Shown here: one piece after another, positions 14,768 to 22,481 of the stretch
How the letters are laid out: every line of letters begins with the position of its first letter
How positions within the stretch are numbered: the stretch's first letter is position 1
Assembly: GCF_947502415.1 (NCBI RefSeq)
Contig: NZ_CANMZV010000016.1
Location: 37,687-61,686, forward strand
Origin: an uncultured Photobacterium sp.
GTDB lineage: Bacteria; Pseudomonadota; Gammaproteobacteria; Enterobacterales; Vibrionaceae
DNA length: 24,000 nucleotides
Direction: 5' to 3'
Translations under genes and position numbers: made by a program
Notes under the pieces: generated by a model
What the model saw: the letters and a program-made list of their open reading frames with translations, nothing else
The model's database searches: none
What the model was told of the DNA's origin: nothing

Positions 14768-16093
14768 ATGAGTATCTTTAATAAGGTCATGCAGTTTGTG
14801 GAAGCTGTTGTCGCCCCCATGGCGGCAAAGGTTTCCTGCCAGCGCCATATTAATGCAATCAAAGATGGTTTCGTCGCCACAATGCCATTTTTGATTGTCG
14901 GCTCCCTGTTACTTGTTTTAGCCTTCCCACCGGGAGAAGGAAACTTCTTCCTCGACGGCTGGCACTCTTTAGTAGACAAGATCGGCCAGCAAAACATCCT
15001 CGCATCTTTCCAGATCAGCATGGGTATCTTTGCTGTCTATGCCGCTTTCAGTATCGGCTATAACCTCGCAGAATCATATGGTCTTCGCTCCCTGAACTCC
15101 GGCCTGTTATCCTTGTTCACCTTCCTGCTGGCAGTTGCTCCGGTGCAGTTCATTGATGATATCGGTGGCATTATGCCAATCGCTAACATGGGCGGTACCG
15201 GTGCGTTTACCGCCATTCTTACAGGCTTATTAGTGCCTGAACTACAGCGGTTCTTACGAGACAAAAACATTCGCCTGAAAATGCCAGATGCCGTACCACC
15301 AAAAATTTCAGCGTCATTTGACCTGCTCATTCCGGTTGTGATTGTTTGTATTGTCGTTGTTTCGATTAATGCCATGCTATCAAACTATGATCTGAACATC
15401 CCAACCGCCATTATGGAGATCTTCAAACCACTAGTTTCAGCCTCTGACTCGTTCTTTGCCTGTCTGCTGGCAGTTATCATGATTCAGCTACTGTGGTTCG
15501 GTGGTATTCACGGTTCATCCGTTGTTGTTACCGGGATATTGTATCCGGTTTTAATTATCAACCTTGGACTAAACCAGGAAGCATTGGCAGCAGGTCAGGA
15601 ACTGCCTAAAATATTCGTAAACCCAATTCTGGATTTCTTTATTTTCGTTGGTGGTGCTGGTGGCACATGGGGTTTTGTTGTATTGATGATGCGTTCTAAA
15701 TCAACTCACCTTCGTACTATCGGTAAAATGTCGATTATTCCAAGTACATTTAACATTAATGAACCAGTTATTTTCGGCACCCCAATTGTAATGAACCCTA
15801 ACTATTTCATTCCTTGGATGCTATCGCCAATGATTAATACCTGTATCGTTTGGGCAGCATTTAAAACGGAAATAATTTCAAAAATTATTGCCTTACCTCC
15901 CTGGACAATGCCTGCGCCTATCGGTGCTGTAATTGCAACAAATTCAAGTACAGCCGCATTTGTTGTTGTCCTCTGTGTTCTTGTCAGTGTCATTATTTAT
16001 TATCCGTTCTTCAAGATTCACGAAAAGCAACTTCTTGAAGAAGAAAAAGCGACTGAAGAACAGGAAATGGAATTAAAACCATCTAAGGCCTAA
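14768..16093 (+). CDS. PTS lactose/cellobiose-family EIIC permease
   Basis: 441 aa polytopic protein with ChbC/CelB-like motifs (INAIKDGF, LLWFGGIHG, INEPVIFGTPIVMNP, PWTMPAPIG). Confidence 0.9.
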   Translation: MSIFNKVMQFVEAVVAPMAAKVSCQRHINAIKDGFVATMPFLIVGSLLLVLAFPPGEGNFFLDGWHSLVDKIGQQNILASFQISMGIFAVYAAFSIGYNLAESYGLRSLNSGLLSLFTFLLAVAPVQFIDDIGGIMPIANMGGTGAFTAILTGLLVPELQRFLRDKNIRLKMPDAVPPKISASFDLLIPVVIVCIVVVSINAMLSNYDLNIPTAIMEIFKPLVSASDSFFACLLAVIMIQLLWFGGIHGSSVVVTGILYPVLIINLGLNQEALAAGQELPKIFVNPILDFFIFVGGAGGTWGFVVLMMRSKSTHLRTIGKMSIIPSTFNINEPVIFGTPIVMNPNYFIPWMLSPMINTCIVWAAFKTEIISKIIALPPWTMPAPIGAVIATNSSTAAFVVVLCVLVSVIIYYPFFKIHEKQLLEEEKATEEQEMELKPSKA

Positions 16094-16095
16094 TC

Positions 16096-16467
16096 ATGAC
16101 ATTTGAAATTAACAAGCAAGAAGATATCACCGAAGAATTTTTGATGACGCTGCTCTGTAAAGTTGGAGAAGCACGAGCATCATTAATGAATGCCATTTCT
16201 TTAGCTAAAAAAGGTGACTTTGCCCAGTCTGAAGAAATGATTGCCATTGCAGATGATGCTCTGGCCGATGTCCACCGGACACAGACAGGACTTATTGGCT
16301 TTGATGAAGGAGAAGGAAAAGTCACTATGACTTTAATCCTGACCCATATTCAGGACCACATAATGACGACCATGCTATGTCGTGATTTGGCAACAGAAAT
16401 CATTGCGATCCACTCGATTATCGCTAACAAAGAGGAATTGTCAGAAAATGAAAAAGCGTATATTTGA
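16096..16467 (+). CDS. PTS lactose/cellobiose-family EIIA component
   Basis: 123 aa helical protein with the ChbA-like pattern (GEARASLMNAI..AKKGDF..AE..I..A...L..VHRTQT...LTHIQDHIMTT), including the conserved His region. Confidence 0.85.
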   Translation: MTFEINKQEDITEEFLMTLLCKVGEARASLMNAISLAKKGDFAQSEEMIAIADDALADVHRTQTGLIGFDEGEGKVTMTLILTHIQDHIMTTMLCRDLATEIIAIHSIIANKEELSENEKAYI

Positions 16468-17338
16468 TTTAACACGCCACGATATCGCCAATATGAGTCG
16501 TACCGATATTGTCGATTGCATCCGTCGCTCTGAAGGGCGTTCCATGATGGTTGAAAATGTCACCTCTATGGCTCCGCCGGTTGACCTCGTCTCCGGAGCC
16601 GAAATTGCCGCCGCCTTTGGCGCTGACATGATCACCCTCAACTGCCTCGATCTAATGGAACCTCGCGCGGAAGTTAACGGTGCAGCAGATCATGGAAGCG
16701 CTGATCATTTCACCGTACAAGAACTCAAACAGCTTTCCGGACGCATGATCGGCTGTAACCTGGAGCCCGTGCCTCAAGGCTTCACCGATATCAATATCGG
16801 CCGTTCATTAACAAAAGAGACCGTTGAAAAGGCTGTTGAACTCGGCATGAACTACATCATGCTGACAGGTAACCCGGGAATGATGGTCTCGCAAGAAACA
16901 ATTCTTAATGCGATAGCACTCACCCGCGAAGTATCGAAAGACATCCTGATCATCGCCGGCAAAATGCACGGAGGCGGCGTAGGTAACGACTATAACCTGG
17001 AATTCATTCCTCAATTTGCAGAAGCTGGCGCTGACATCATGATGTTCCCGGCTCCTTACACGACTCCAGGAATGAACCCGGCGCTAGCCTCAACGGTCAT
17101 GGATGCAGTCCATGAAGCCGGTATGCTGGGTATGCTTGCCATTGGAACCTCACAAGAGGGCGCTTCAGAAAGTTATATCGAAAAGGTCACCATTGAATCT
17201 AAAGGCGCGGGAGCTGATATCGTTCACATTGGCGATGGCGGCTACGGTGGCATTGCTGTTCCGGAAAATATCATGCGAATGGGCATCACACTACGTGGCA
17301 GACGCCACCAGTTCAAACGCATGGCTAACCATCGCTAA
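16448..17338 (+). CDS. Uncharacterised 296-aa protein, probable alpha/beta (TIM-barrel-like) enzyme, fourth gene of the PTS operon
   Basis: Start chosen at the ATG at 16448 (MKKRIFDL...), which overlaps the IIA stop by 20 nt. The ORF-track extension from 16382 would run through the IIA coding sequence. Alternating beta/alpha pattern with Gly-rich loops (LTGNPG, IIAGKMHGGG, GADIVHIGDGGYGG). I recognise no family with confidence. Confidence 0.7.
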   Translation: MKKRIFDLTRHDIANMSRTDIVDCIRRSEGRSMMVENVTSMAPPVDLVSGAEIAAAFGADMITLNCLDLMEPRAEVNGAADHGSADHFTVQELKQLSGRMIGCNLEPVPQGFTDINIGRSLTKETVEKAVELGMNYIMLTGNPGMMVSQETILNAIALTREVSKDILIIAGKMHGGGVGNDYNLEFIPQFAEAGADIMMFPAPYTTPGMNPALASTVMDAVHEAGMLGMLAIGTSQEGASESYIEKVTIESKGAGADIVHIGDGGYGGIAVPENIMRMGITLRGRRHQFKRMANHR

Positions 17339-17396
17339 TCATCGGCGTGAATAATGGTTTATGTCCCTTTTTGGGGCCATAACCCTATAACTCAAC

Positions 17397-17431
17397 GAGC
17401 CCCATCCACTGCCTTGGGGCTCATTATTTTT
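17397..17431 (+). terminator. Rho-independent terminator of the PTS operon
   Basis: Stem GAGCCCCA (17397-17404) pairs with TGGGGCTC (17415-17422), followed by ATTATTTTT. Confidence 0.75.
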
Positions 17432-17552
17432 ACGAAGAAAAACTCTGCTTTCAAATTATCGTCTTGCCGAAGAACCAATAAACTCTTACTGAACAAGCAT
17501 CTTGAAGTTACTTGGGTATAATAAGCTAAAGCTTTCAAGATGATATTTAATA

Positions 17553-18131
17553 ATGACTAACTTACTCAAAGAACTGGAAAAGATGGGACTTAACTCTCTG
17601 AGCTTCACTGAGCAGGAAACCTCTTTGCTGGAACAATTTATCGATCATAGTTCAGCGTTCTTTGACAATGTCTGCCAACACAAGCCGGATAAACCACCCC
17701 ATGATATGGCTCTGGGGCTACTTACCAAAGCTCACCAAGAAGCATTCGATAATTATCAGGCCACCCAGCCAAAAATTTCCGAACTTCAAACTATGTTCAC
17801 CGATAACGTCGGCGCCGAACATGCCAGCAAGTTTTCAACACTCAATCAGGCCGAGCTTAGTGTTATTTCATCATTGTGGTTTATGGCACAAGGCTTCACT
17901 GGTATTGATTTCAGCTATGCCAATGATAAAGCAGCAGAAACAGCCGAGCTGCTCACAGAGAATCAAACGTCAACAGAAGATACAAAAAAGAAGTCGATAA
18001 AGAATAGTGAAGATTATCGTTCATTGTTTATGAAAGCTTACTACACAGGCATTGATGCGGCACATCAGAATCAACCACACCTATCATTTTTGTTAACAAT
18101 CAAAAACTATCTAAAACACCTGTTTAAATAG
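17553..18131 (+). CDS. Hypothetical protein (192 aa), no recognisable domain
   Basis: A long ORF with plausible composition and no signal peptide. The RBS is weak or absent. A competing 112-aa ORF in another frame looks like low-complexity noise. Confidence 0.5.
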   Translation: MTNLLKELEKMGLNSLSFTEQETSLLEQFIDHSSAFFDNVCQHKPDKPPHDMALGLLTKAHQEAFDNYQATQPKISELQTMFTDNVGAEHASKFSTLNQAELSVISSLWFMAQGFTGIDFSYANDKAAETAELLTENQTSTEDTKKKSIKNSEDYRSLFMKAYYTGIDAAHQNQPHLSFLLTIKNYLKHLFK

Positions 18132-18396
18132 AACTTCCCCCTTTAATCTGCAGTACTTTAAGCCATATTTCCATTAATTTTGGATGTTGAGGCACTGCAT
18201 TTTTAAAGGCATATAAAATCCATAGTGATTAAAACATGGCATTCAGTGAAAAAACTTTCATCAGCTAAGTTTTTAACACCAAACCGATTTAACATAAATA
18301 CATACAAACTTTACAAAAACGATCATTGAGCATTTTTCACTCAAGCGATAAACTGCTCATGCTTTAAACAAATATGTTGTTCCTTATACTTTATTC

Positions 18397-18429
18397 TACG
18401 CCTATCACTATTTGATAGGCGTATTTTTT
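18397..18429 (+). terminator. Rho-independent terminator, plus-strand oriented, ~265 nt downstream of the nearest plus-strand CDS
   Basis: An 11-bp stem, TACGCCTATCA (18397-18407) with TGATAGGCGTA (18413-18423), followed by TTTTTT. There is no T-tract in the minus orientation. Confidence 0.7.
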
Positions 18430-18459
18430 AAGGGCGTAAGAAAGAGTCCCCTTACCAAG

Positions 18460-19230
18460 TTACTGTGTCAGCTCCTCATCAACCCAATATTTCGAACCGG
18501 AAATGTTGGCATCAAGCAGTAGACCTTTCTCACCAATCTGATAAATCGCCATACCACCATTGTACTTAGCTGCCAGCTCTGCACTGTCTGTTCCGGCGAC
18601 AACCCCCGCTTCTGACGTAGCTTCCCAGCCATCTGTCACGAAACTGTCGAAGGTTTTCTTATCTTCGAAAAAGATCAACTGCTGGTAAAACTTGCCGCCA
18701 ATTCCGAGCGCTAAGCCAGCACCAAACATTTTCATGTATGTTCGCTTATCGGTCTTCCGATTGACCGCTACCCCCGCCCCTTGGTTGGTGTGAAGCATTA
18801 AAGAAAACTTACGGGAATCAAACACGGCATAACCATAAGCACTATCAAATAACAACTTGGCTGACGGCTGTTCGTTAAACAAACGTACCAATGCCGTATC
18901 AGACATAGTATCTAACGCCAAACGAGCCTCTTCCGGGGTTTCAGGCTCCAGCATTTCATCAAGCTTTGCTTCACCGGCTTCAAGCCATTCTTCACCTTTT
19001 TCTATCGATGCATCGGTCCACTCACCAGCGGTATTAAATGCATCCTCTCCCCACTCTGAAACAGAATCCCAGGTCTCTTTGGAAAAGTCAGTAACATCCT
19101 GCCAGGCTTTTTTCGAACCTTCACTGACCTGTTGACCAAGATCCGACGCCGCTTCCTTAAATTCCTCCCAACTGGCATGAGCCGGAGTCACAGCAAGGCA
19201 TAATACAGCAACAATTACCTTCAACTTCAC
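18460..19230 (-). CDS. Secreted protein with a Trp/acidic repeat N-terminal region and a SYLF/DUF500 (Ysc84-like) C-terminal domain
   Basis: GTG start with GGAGGG 6 nt upstream. Signal peptide MKLKVIVAVLCLAVTPAHA|SW. The C-terminal ~140 aa (AYGYAVFDS..GAGVAVNR...GAGLALGIGGKFYQQLIFFED...W.ATSEAGVVAG) follows the SYLF lipid-binding domain pattern. This assignment is from pattern memory only. Confidence 0.6.
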   Translation of the reverse strand: MKLKVIVAVLCLAVTPAHASWEEFKEAASDLGQQVSEGSKKAWQDVTDFSKETWDSVSEWGEDAFNTAGEWTDASIEKGEEWLEAGEAKLDEMLEPETPEEARLALDTMSDTALVRLFNEQPSAKLLFDSAYGYAVFDSRKFSLMLHTNQGAGVAVNRKTDKRTYMKMFGAGLALGIGGKFYQQLIFFEDKKTFDSFVTDGWEATSEAGVVAGTDSAELAAKYNGGMAIYQIGEKGLLLDANISGSKYWVDEELTQ

Positions 19231-19246
19231 GGGTTACCCTCCATAC

Positions 19247-19276
19247 AAAACTGGCAACTAATTAGTTGCCAGTTTT
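19247..19276 (-). terminator. Perfect 30-nt palindrome acting as the intrinsic terminator downstream of mog
   Basis: AAAACTGGCAACTAATTAGTTGCCAGTTTT. The GC-containing stem is flanked by an A-run and a T-run, so it could function in both directions. Confidence 0.75.
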
Positions 19277-19295
19277 CAATCCAATATTTCGTCTT

Positions 19296-19829
19296 CTATT
19301 TCTTCTTCGGACGGAAAGGCTTCATAACCTCTTCATTACACTCAAGGTATGGACCTTCCATCAGGTCGATACAATAAGGTATAGCAGGAAAAACCGCATC
19401 CAGACATTCGCGAATAGATTTCGGCTTACCCGGCAGGTTAACAATCAGGCTGTCACCGCGCAGGCCTGCTGTCTGGCGAGACAAAATCGCCGTCGGGACA
19501 AATTTCAGTGACTCTGCACGCATCAACTCGCCAAAACCTGGCATCATGCGATCGCAAACCGCTTCGGTAGCCTCAGGCGTCACATCACGTTTAGCTGGGC
19601 CTGTACCGCCGGTTGTTACGATCAGGCTACAATCTTGCTCATCCGCCATTTTGATCAGTGTCGCTTCGATAATATCCTGCTCATCAGGGATCACTTCATA
19701 AACAGGCTCCCATTCTGATGTCAGGTAATCATTCAGTGTTTCAATAATCGCCTTACCAGAAATATCATCGTACACGCCTGCACTTGCGCGGTCACTGACC
19801 GTTACAATACCGATTTTTGCTTTTGTCAT
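19296..19829 (-). CDS. mog: Molybdopterin adenylyltransferase (MogA)
   Basis: KIGIVTVSDRASAGVYDDISG...TTGGTGPAKRDVTPEAT...MPGFGELMR...PTAILSRQ...NLPGKPKSIRE aligns closely with E. coli MogA. Confidence 0.9.
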   Translation of the reverse strand: MTKAKIGIVTVSDRASAGVYDDISGKAIIETLNDYLTSEWEPVYEVIPDEQDIIEATLIKMADEQDCSLIVTTGGTGPAKRDVTPEATEAVCDRMMPGFGELMRAESLKFVPTAILSRQTAGLRGDSLIVNLPGKPKSIRECLDAVFPAIPYCIDLMEGPYLECNEEVMKPFRPKKK

Positions 19830-20001
19830 TAATTATCCCTCAGGCTTTAACCTTGCTTGTTTTCATTATTACTGACTGGCTAGCAACCGCCAACCAGCTA
19901 TTCAATCAAATTGAATGCAAGTTTAAGGAATAACAGAAGCGGGATAAACCTTAAAGTGAAAAAACGTGGCAAACGTGGTAGTTAATCCTAATCTACAGCT
20001 A

Positions 20002-20035
20002 GAAAAAAGCCCCGCTTAAACGAGCAGGGCTTTTA
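20002..20035 (-). terminator. Intrinsic terminator at the end of the APE-type cluster
   Basis: Stem AGCCCCGCT (20008-20016) pairs with AGCAGGGCT (20023-20031) with one mismatch. It is flanked by AAAAAA and TTTT, so the minus-strand reading has a 6-T tract. Confidence 0.7.
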
Positions 20036-20059
20036 ATTGAAAAGGCATTAAACAGGTAA

Positions 20060-21292
20060 TTAACCCTGCCAGCGCTTGAAGATTAGTGATGTATTAATGC
20101 CACCAAACGCAAAGTTATTGCTCATGATGTACTGACAATCAATCTCACGTCCTTCACCACGGATATAATCCAGGTTTCCACAACGATCATCAATATTGTC
20201 CAGGTTCAACGTTGGACTAAACCAACCCGTATGCATCATTTCCAGGCTAAGCCAAGCTTCGATCGCACCACATGCACCAAGCGTATGTCCTAAGTAGCTC
20301 TTAAGGGAACTGATTGGCGCATTATCACCAAAGATATTGGCTGTCGCATTACTTTCAGCAATATCGCCTTTTTCAGTTGCCGTACCGTGAGCTGAAATGT
20401 AATCAATCGCTAGCGGAGAAAGATCTGCGTCTTTCAGCGCCATTTCCATACACAGCTGCATGGTTTCCATCTGAGGCTGAGTAACATGTGCAGCATCGCA
20501 GTTACTTGCAAAACCAACAAGCTCAGCATAAATTTTCGCACCACGAGCCACTGCATGCTCATATTCTTCAAGAACCAGCGTACCGGCACCTTCTCCGATC
20601 ACCAAACCATCACGTTCAGTGTCATACGGGCGCGGTGTCGACTTCGGCGCATCATTTTTCAAACTTGTCGCGAAAAGGGTATCGAATACTGCCGATTCAG
20701 TCGGGCACAACTCTTCAGCACCACCAGCAACCATCACTGTCTGGTAACCATGCTTGATTGCCTCATAGGCGTAACCAATCGCCTGGCTGCCCGAAGTACA
20801 AGCACTGCTCGTCGGGATGACTCGACCACGCAGGCCAAAAAACAAGCCAACATTTACTGCTGTTGTATGCGGCATCATCTGAACATAAGTTGTAGCCGTA
20901 ATTGCCTTGGTGTCTTTTTCATTCAGCATCACACCGAACGCACCAATCGCTGGCGTACTGCCAGTAGATGAACCATAAGCGATGCCTGTCTGACCATTGG
21001 TCAGAACCTCATTACCGATAAGCCCACTTTGAATCAAGGCATTTTCACTAGCCAGTGTTGATAGCTTAGAAACACGTCCCATACCGCGCACTTTCTTGCG
21101 GGTATAGTGAGCCGGCAGTGTGAAGTTATCGATTGGCGCGGCCAGCTTGGTATTCAGCCCATTATATTGCTCATAACTCGGCATATATTGTGATGCATTT
21201 TCGCAAGCACGCAGCTTCGGCTCAATGCTCTGCCAATCGTTACCCAAAGCAGTAACCCCGGACATACCGGTAACAACTACGCGACGACTCAT
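20060..21292 (-). CDS. Beta-ketoacyl-ACP synthase (FabB/F-like), ApeR-type position in an aryl-polyene cluster
   Basis: The Cys-His-His triad is intact (SSACTSGSQ, SAHGTATEKGD, YLGHTLGACG). The start overlaps the upstream KR stop (ATGA). Confidence 0.85.
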   Translation of the reverse strand: MSRRVVVTGMSGVTALGNDWQSIEPKLRACENASQYMPSYEQYNGLNTKLAAPIDNFTLPAHYTRKKVRGMGRVSKLSTLASENALIQSGLIGNEVLTNGQTGIAYGSSTGSTPAIGAFGVMLNEKDTKAITATTYVQMMPHTTAVNVGLFFGLRGRVIPTSSACTSGSQAIGYAYEAIKHGYQTVMVAGGAEELCPTESAVFDTLFATSLKNDAPKSTPRPYDTERDGLVIGEGAGTLVLEEYEHAVARGAKIYAELVGFASNCDAAHVTQPQMETMQLCMEMALKDADLSPLAIDYISAHGTATEKGDIAESNATANIFGDNAPISSLKSYLGHTLGACGAIEAWLSLEMMHTGWFSPTLNLDNIDDRCGNLDYIRGEGREIDCQYIMSNNFAFGGINTSLIFKRWQG

Positions 21293-22014
21293 ACCAAACC
21301 TCCGTTCACCGAAATCACCTGACGAGTTACATAACCCGCAATATCTGACATTAAATAACTCACCAAGCCTGCAACTTCTTCCGGTTCGCCCATACGGCGC
21401 AGCGGCACCTGCGGCAGCGCATGCTCTTTAACGTGCTCATCAACCATACCGGTATCAATCAGGCCCGGTGCCACACAGTTTACGGTGATCTTACGTTTAG
21501 CCAGCTCCAATGCCAATGACTTGGTCGCACCAATCACACCGGCTTTCGCTGCACTGTAATTAGTCTGGCCCCGGTTGCCCATGATCCCCGATACAGAAGC
21601 TAAGGTAACAATACGGCCACCTTTACGCAGCTTCACCATCGGCATTACACATGGGTGAAAAACATTATAAAAACTATCTAAGTTGGTATGAATTACCCCA
21701 TCCCACTCTTCTTCGGTCATGGCCGGAAAAGCAGTATCACGAGTAATTCCCGCATTGCTCACCACGCCGTAATACGCACCGTGCTCAGCGATATCTGCCT
21801 CAAGGCGCTCGCGGCATTGTGCGCGGTCACTAATATCAAATTGGATCAGGCGTCCGGTACCACCGGCTTTTTCAATTTCTGCCAGTGTTAATTCGGCACC
21901 GGCTTTATCACTCATATAATGAACAATAATTGCAAACCCATCTTTTGCGAGTTGAGTAGCGACAGCGCGTCCGATGCCTTTACTCGCCCCTGTAACTAAA
22001 ACCTGTCGAATCAT
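21289..22014 (-). CDS. 3-oxoacyl-ACP reductase (SDR, FabG-like), ApeQ-type position
   Basis: TGASKGIGRA cofactor motif and the YSAAK catalytic motif. ATGA overlaps at both ends. Confidence 0.9.
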   Translation of the reverse strand: MIRQVLVTGASKGIGRAVATQLAKDGFAIIVHYMSDKAGAELTLAEIEKAGGTGRLIQFDISDRAQCRERLEADIAEHGAYYGVVSNAGITRDTAFPAMTEEEWDGVIHTNLDSFYNVFHPCVMPMVKLRKGGRIVTLASVSGIMGNRGQTNYSAAKAGVIGATKSLALELAKRKITVNCVAPGLIDTGMVDEHVKEHALPQVPLRRMGEPEEVAGLVSYLMSDIAGYVTRQVISVNGGLV

Positions 22015-22481
22015 GAAGGGTTCCTATTAAGCATTTGATCTAACTTTTCTTTTGTAGGTACGAATGCATTGAGCTGGCTAGAAGCAAGTACCTTGCCCTG
22101 ATGTTCAATTCGGCATGAAAAAACAGCCATGCCATTGTTTTCCATCACTTGCTCTGCATAAATATCAAGTACCTCATTTTCTTTGAATGCACTGGCGTCT
22201 GCCTGATAGCGGCGACAGCCCAGTAAAAAACCAATTGGAGAAACTTCTCCCTTTTTCCAGGCGTGATAACCGGACCATCCGGCAACAGATTGTGCCATAA
22301 ATTCAATGCCGACATAGCCTGGAATTGTACGGGATTCGCTATCAAAAAATAAGTTGCTCTCCGATGGCGTAACCTGGCAATGGATATAAGTCTCGCCAAC
22401 ATCGATAAGCTCATCCACCAATGCCATTGGCATATCATGAGGCAGTAACTGGTGTAGGTGAGGTATGTTAGTCATGGGCAT
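22011..22481 (-). CDS. Hotdog-fold 3-hydroxyacyl-ACP dehydratase, ApeP-type
   Basis: LLPHDMPMALVDELI...GIEFMAQSVAG is a FabA/FabZ-like hotdog pattern with the His in LPH. The start is uncertain (TTG 22487, ATG 22481 or ATG 22475), and every candidate overlaps the upstream KS stop. Confidence 0.8.
   Translation of the reverse strand: MPMTNIPHLHQLLPHDMPMALVDELIDVGETYIHCQVTPSESNLFFDSESRTIPGYVGIEFMAQSVAGWSGYHAWKKGEVSPIGFLLGCRRYQADASAFKENEVLDIYAEQVMENNGMAVFSCRIEHQGKVLASSQLNAFVPTKEKLDQMLNRNPS

Noticed and set aside
16382-16447. N-terminal extension of the fourth PTS-operon gene suggested by the ORF track (start at 16382)
   Set aside because: The extension runs 86 nt through the EIIA coding sequence and translates to basic low-complexity sequence. 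The ATG at 16448 gives a plausible N-terminus (MKKRIFDL).
17662-18000. 112-aa ORF in an alternative frame within the 192-aa hypothetical gene
   Set aside because: It is shorter, its composition is Ser/Pro/Lys/Gln-rich, and it is fully nested in the longer ORF.
20486-20971. 161-aa and 89-aa plus-strand ORFs inside the ApeR-type KS gene; similar ORFs at 22940-23468 inside the other KS gene
   Set aside because: They are antisense shadows of strongly recognisable KS coding sequence, with low-complexity Arg/Ser/Thr-rich translations.
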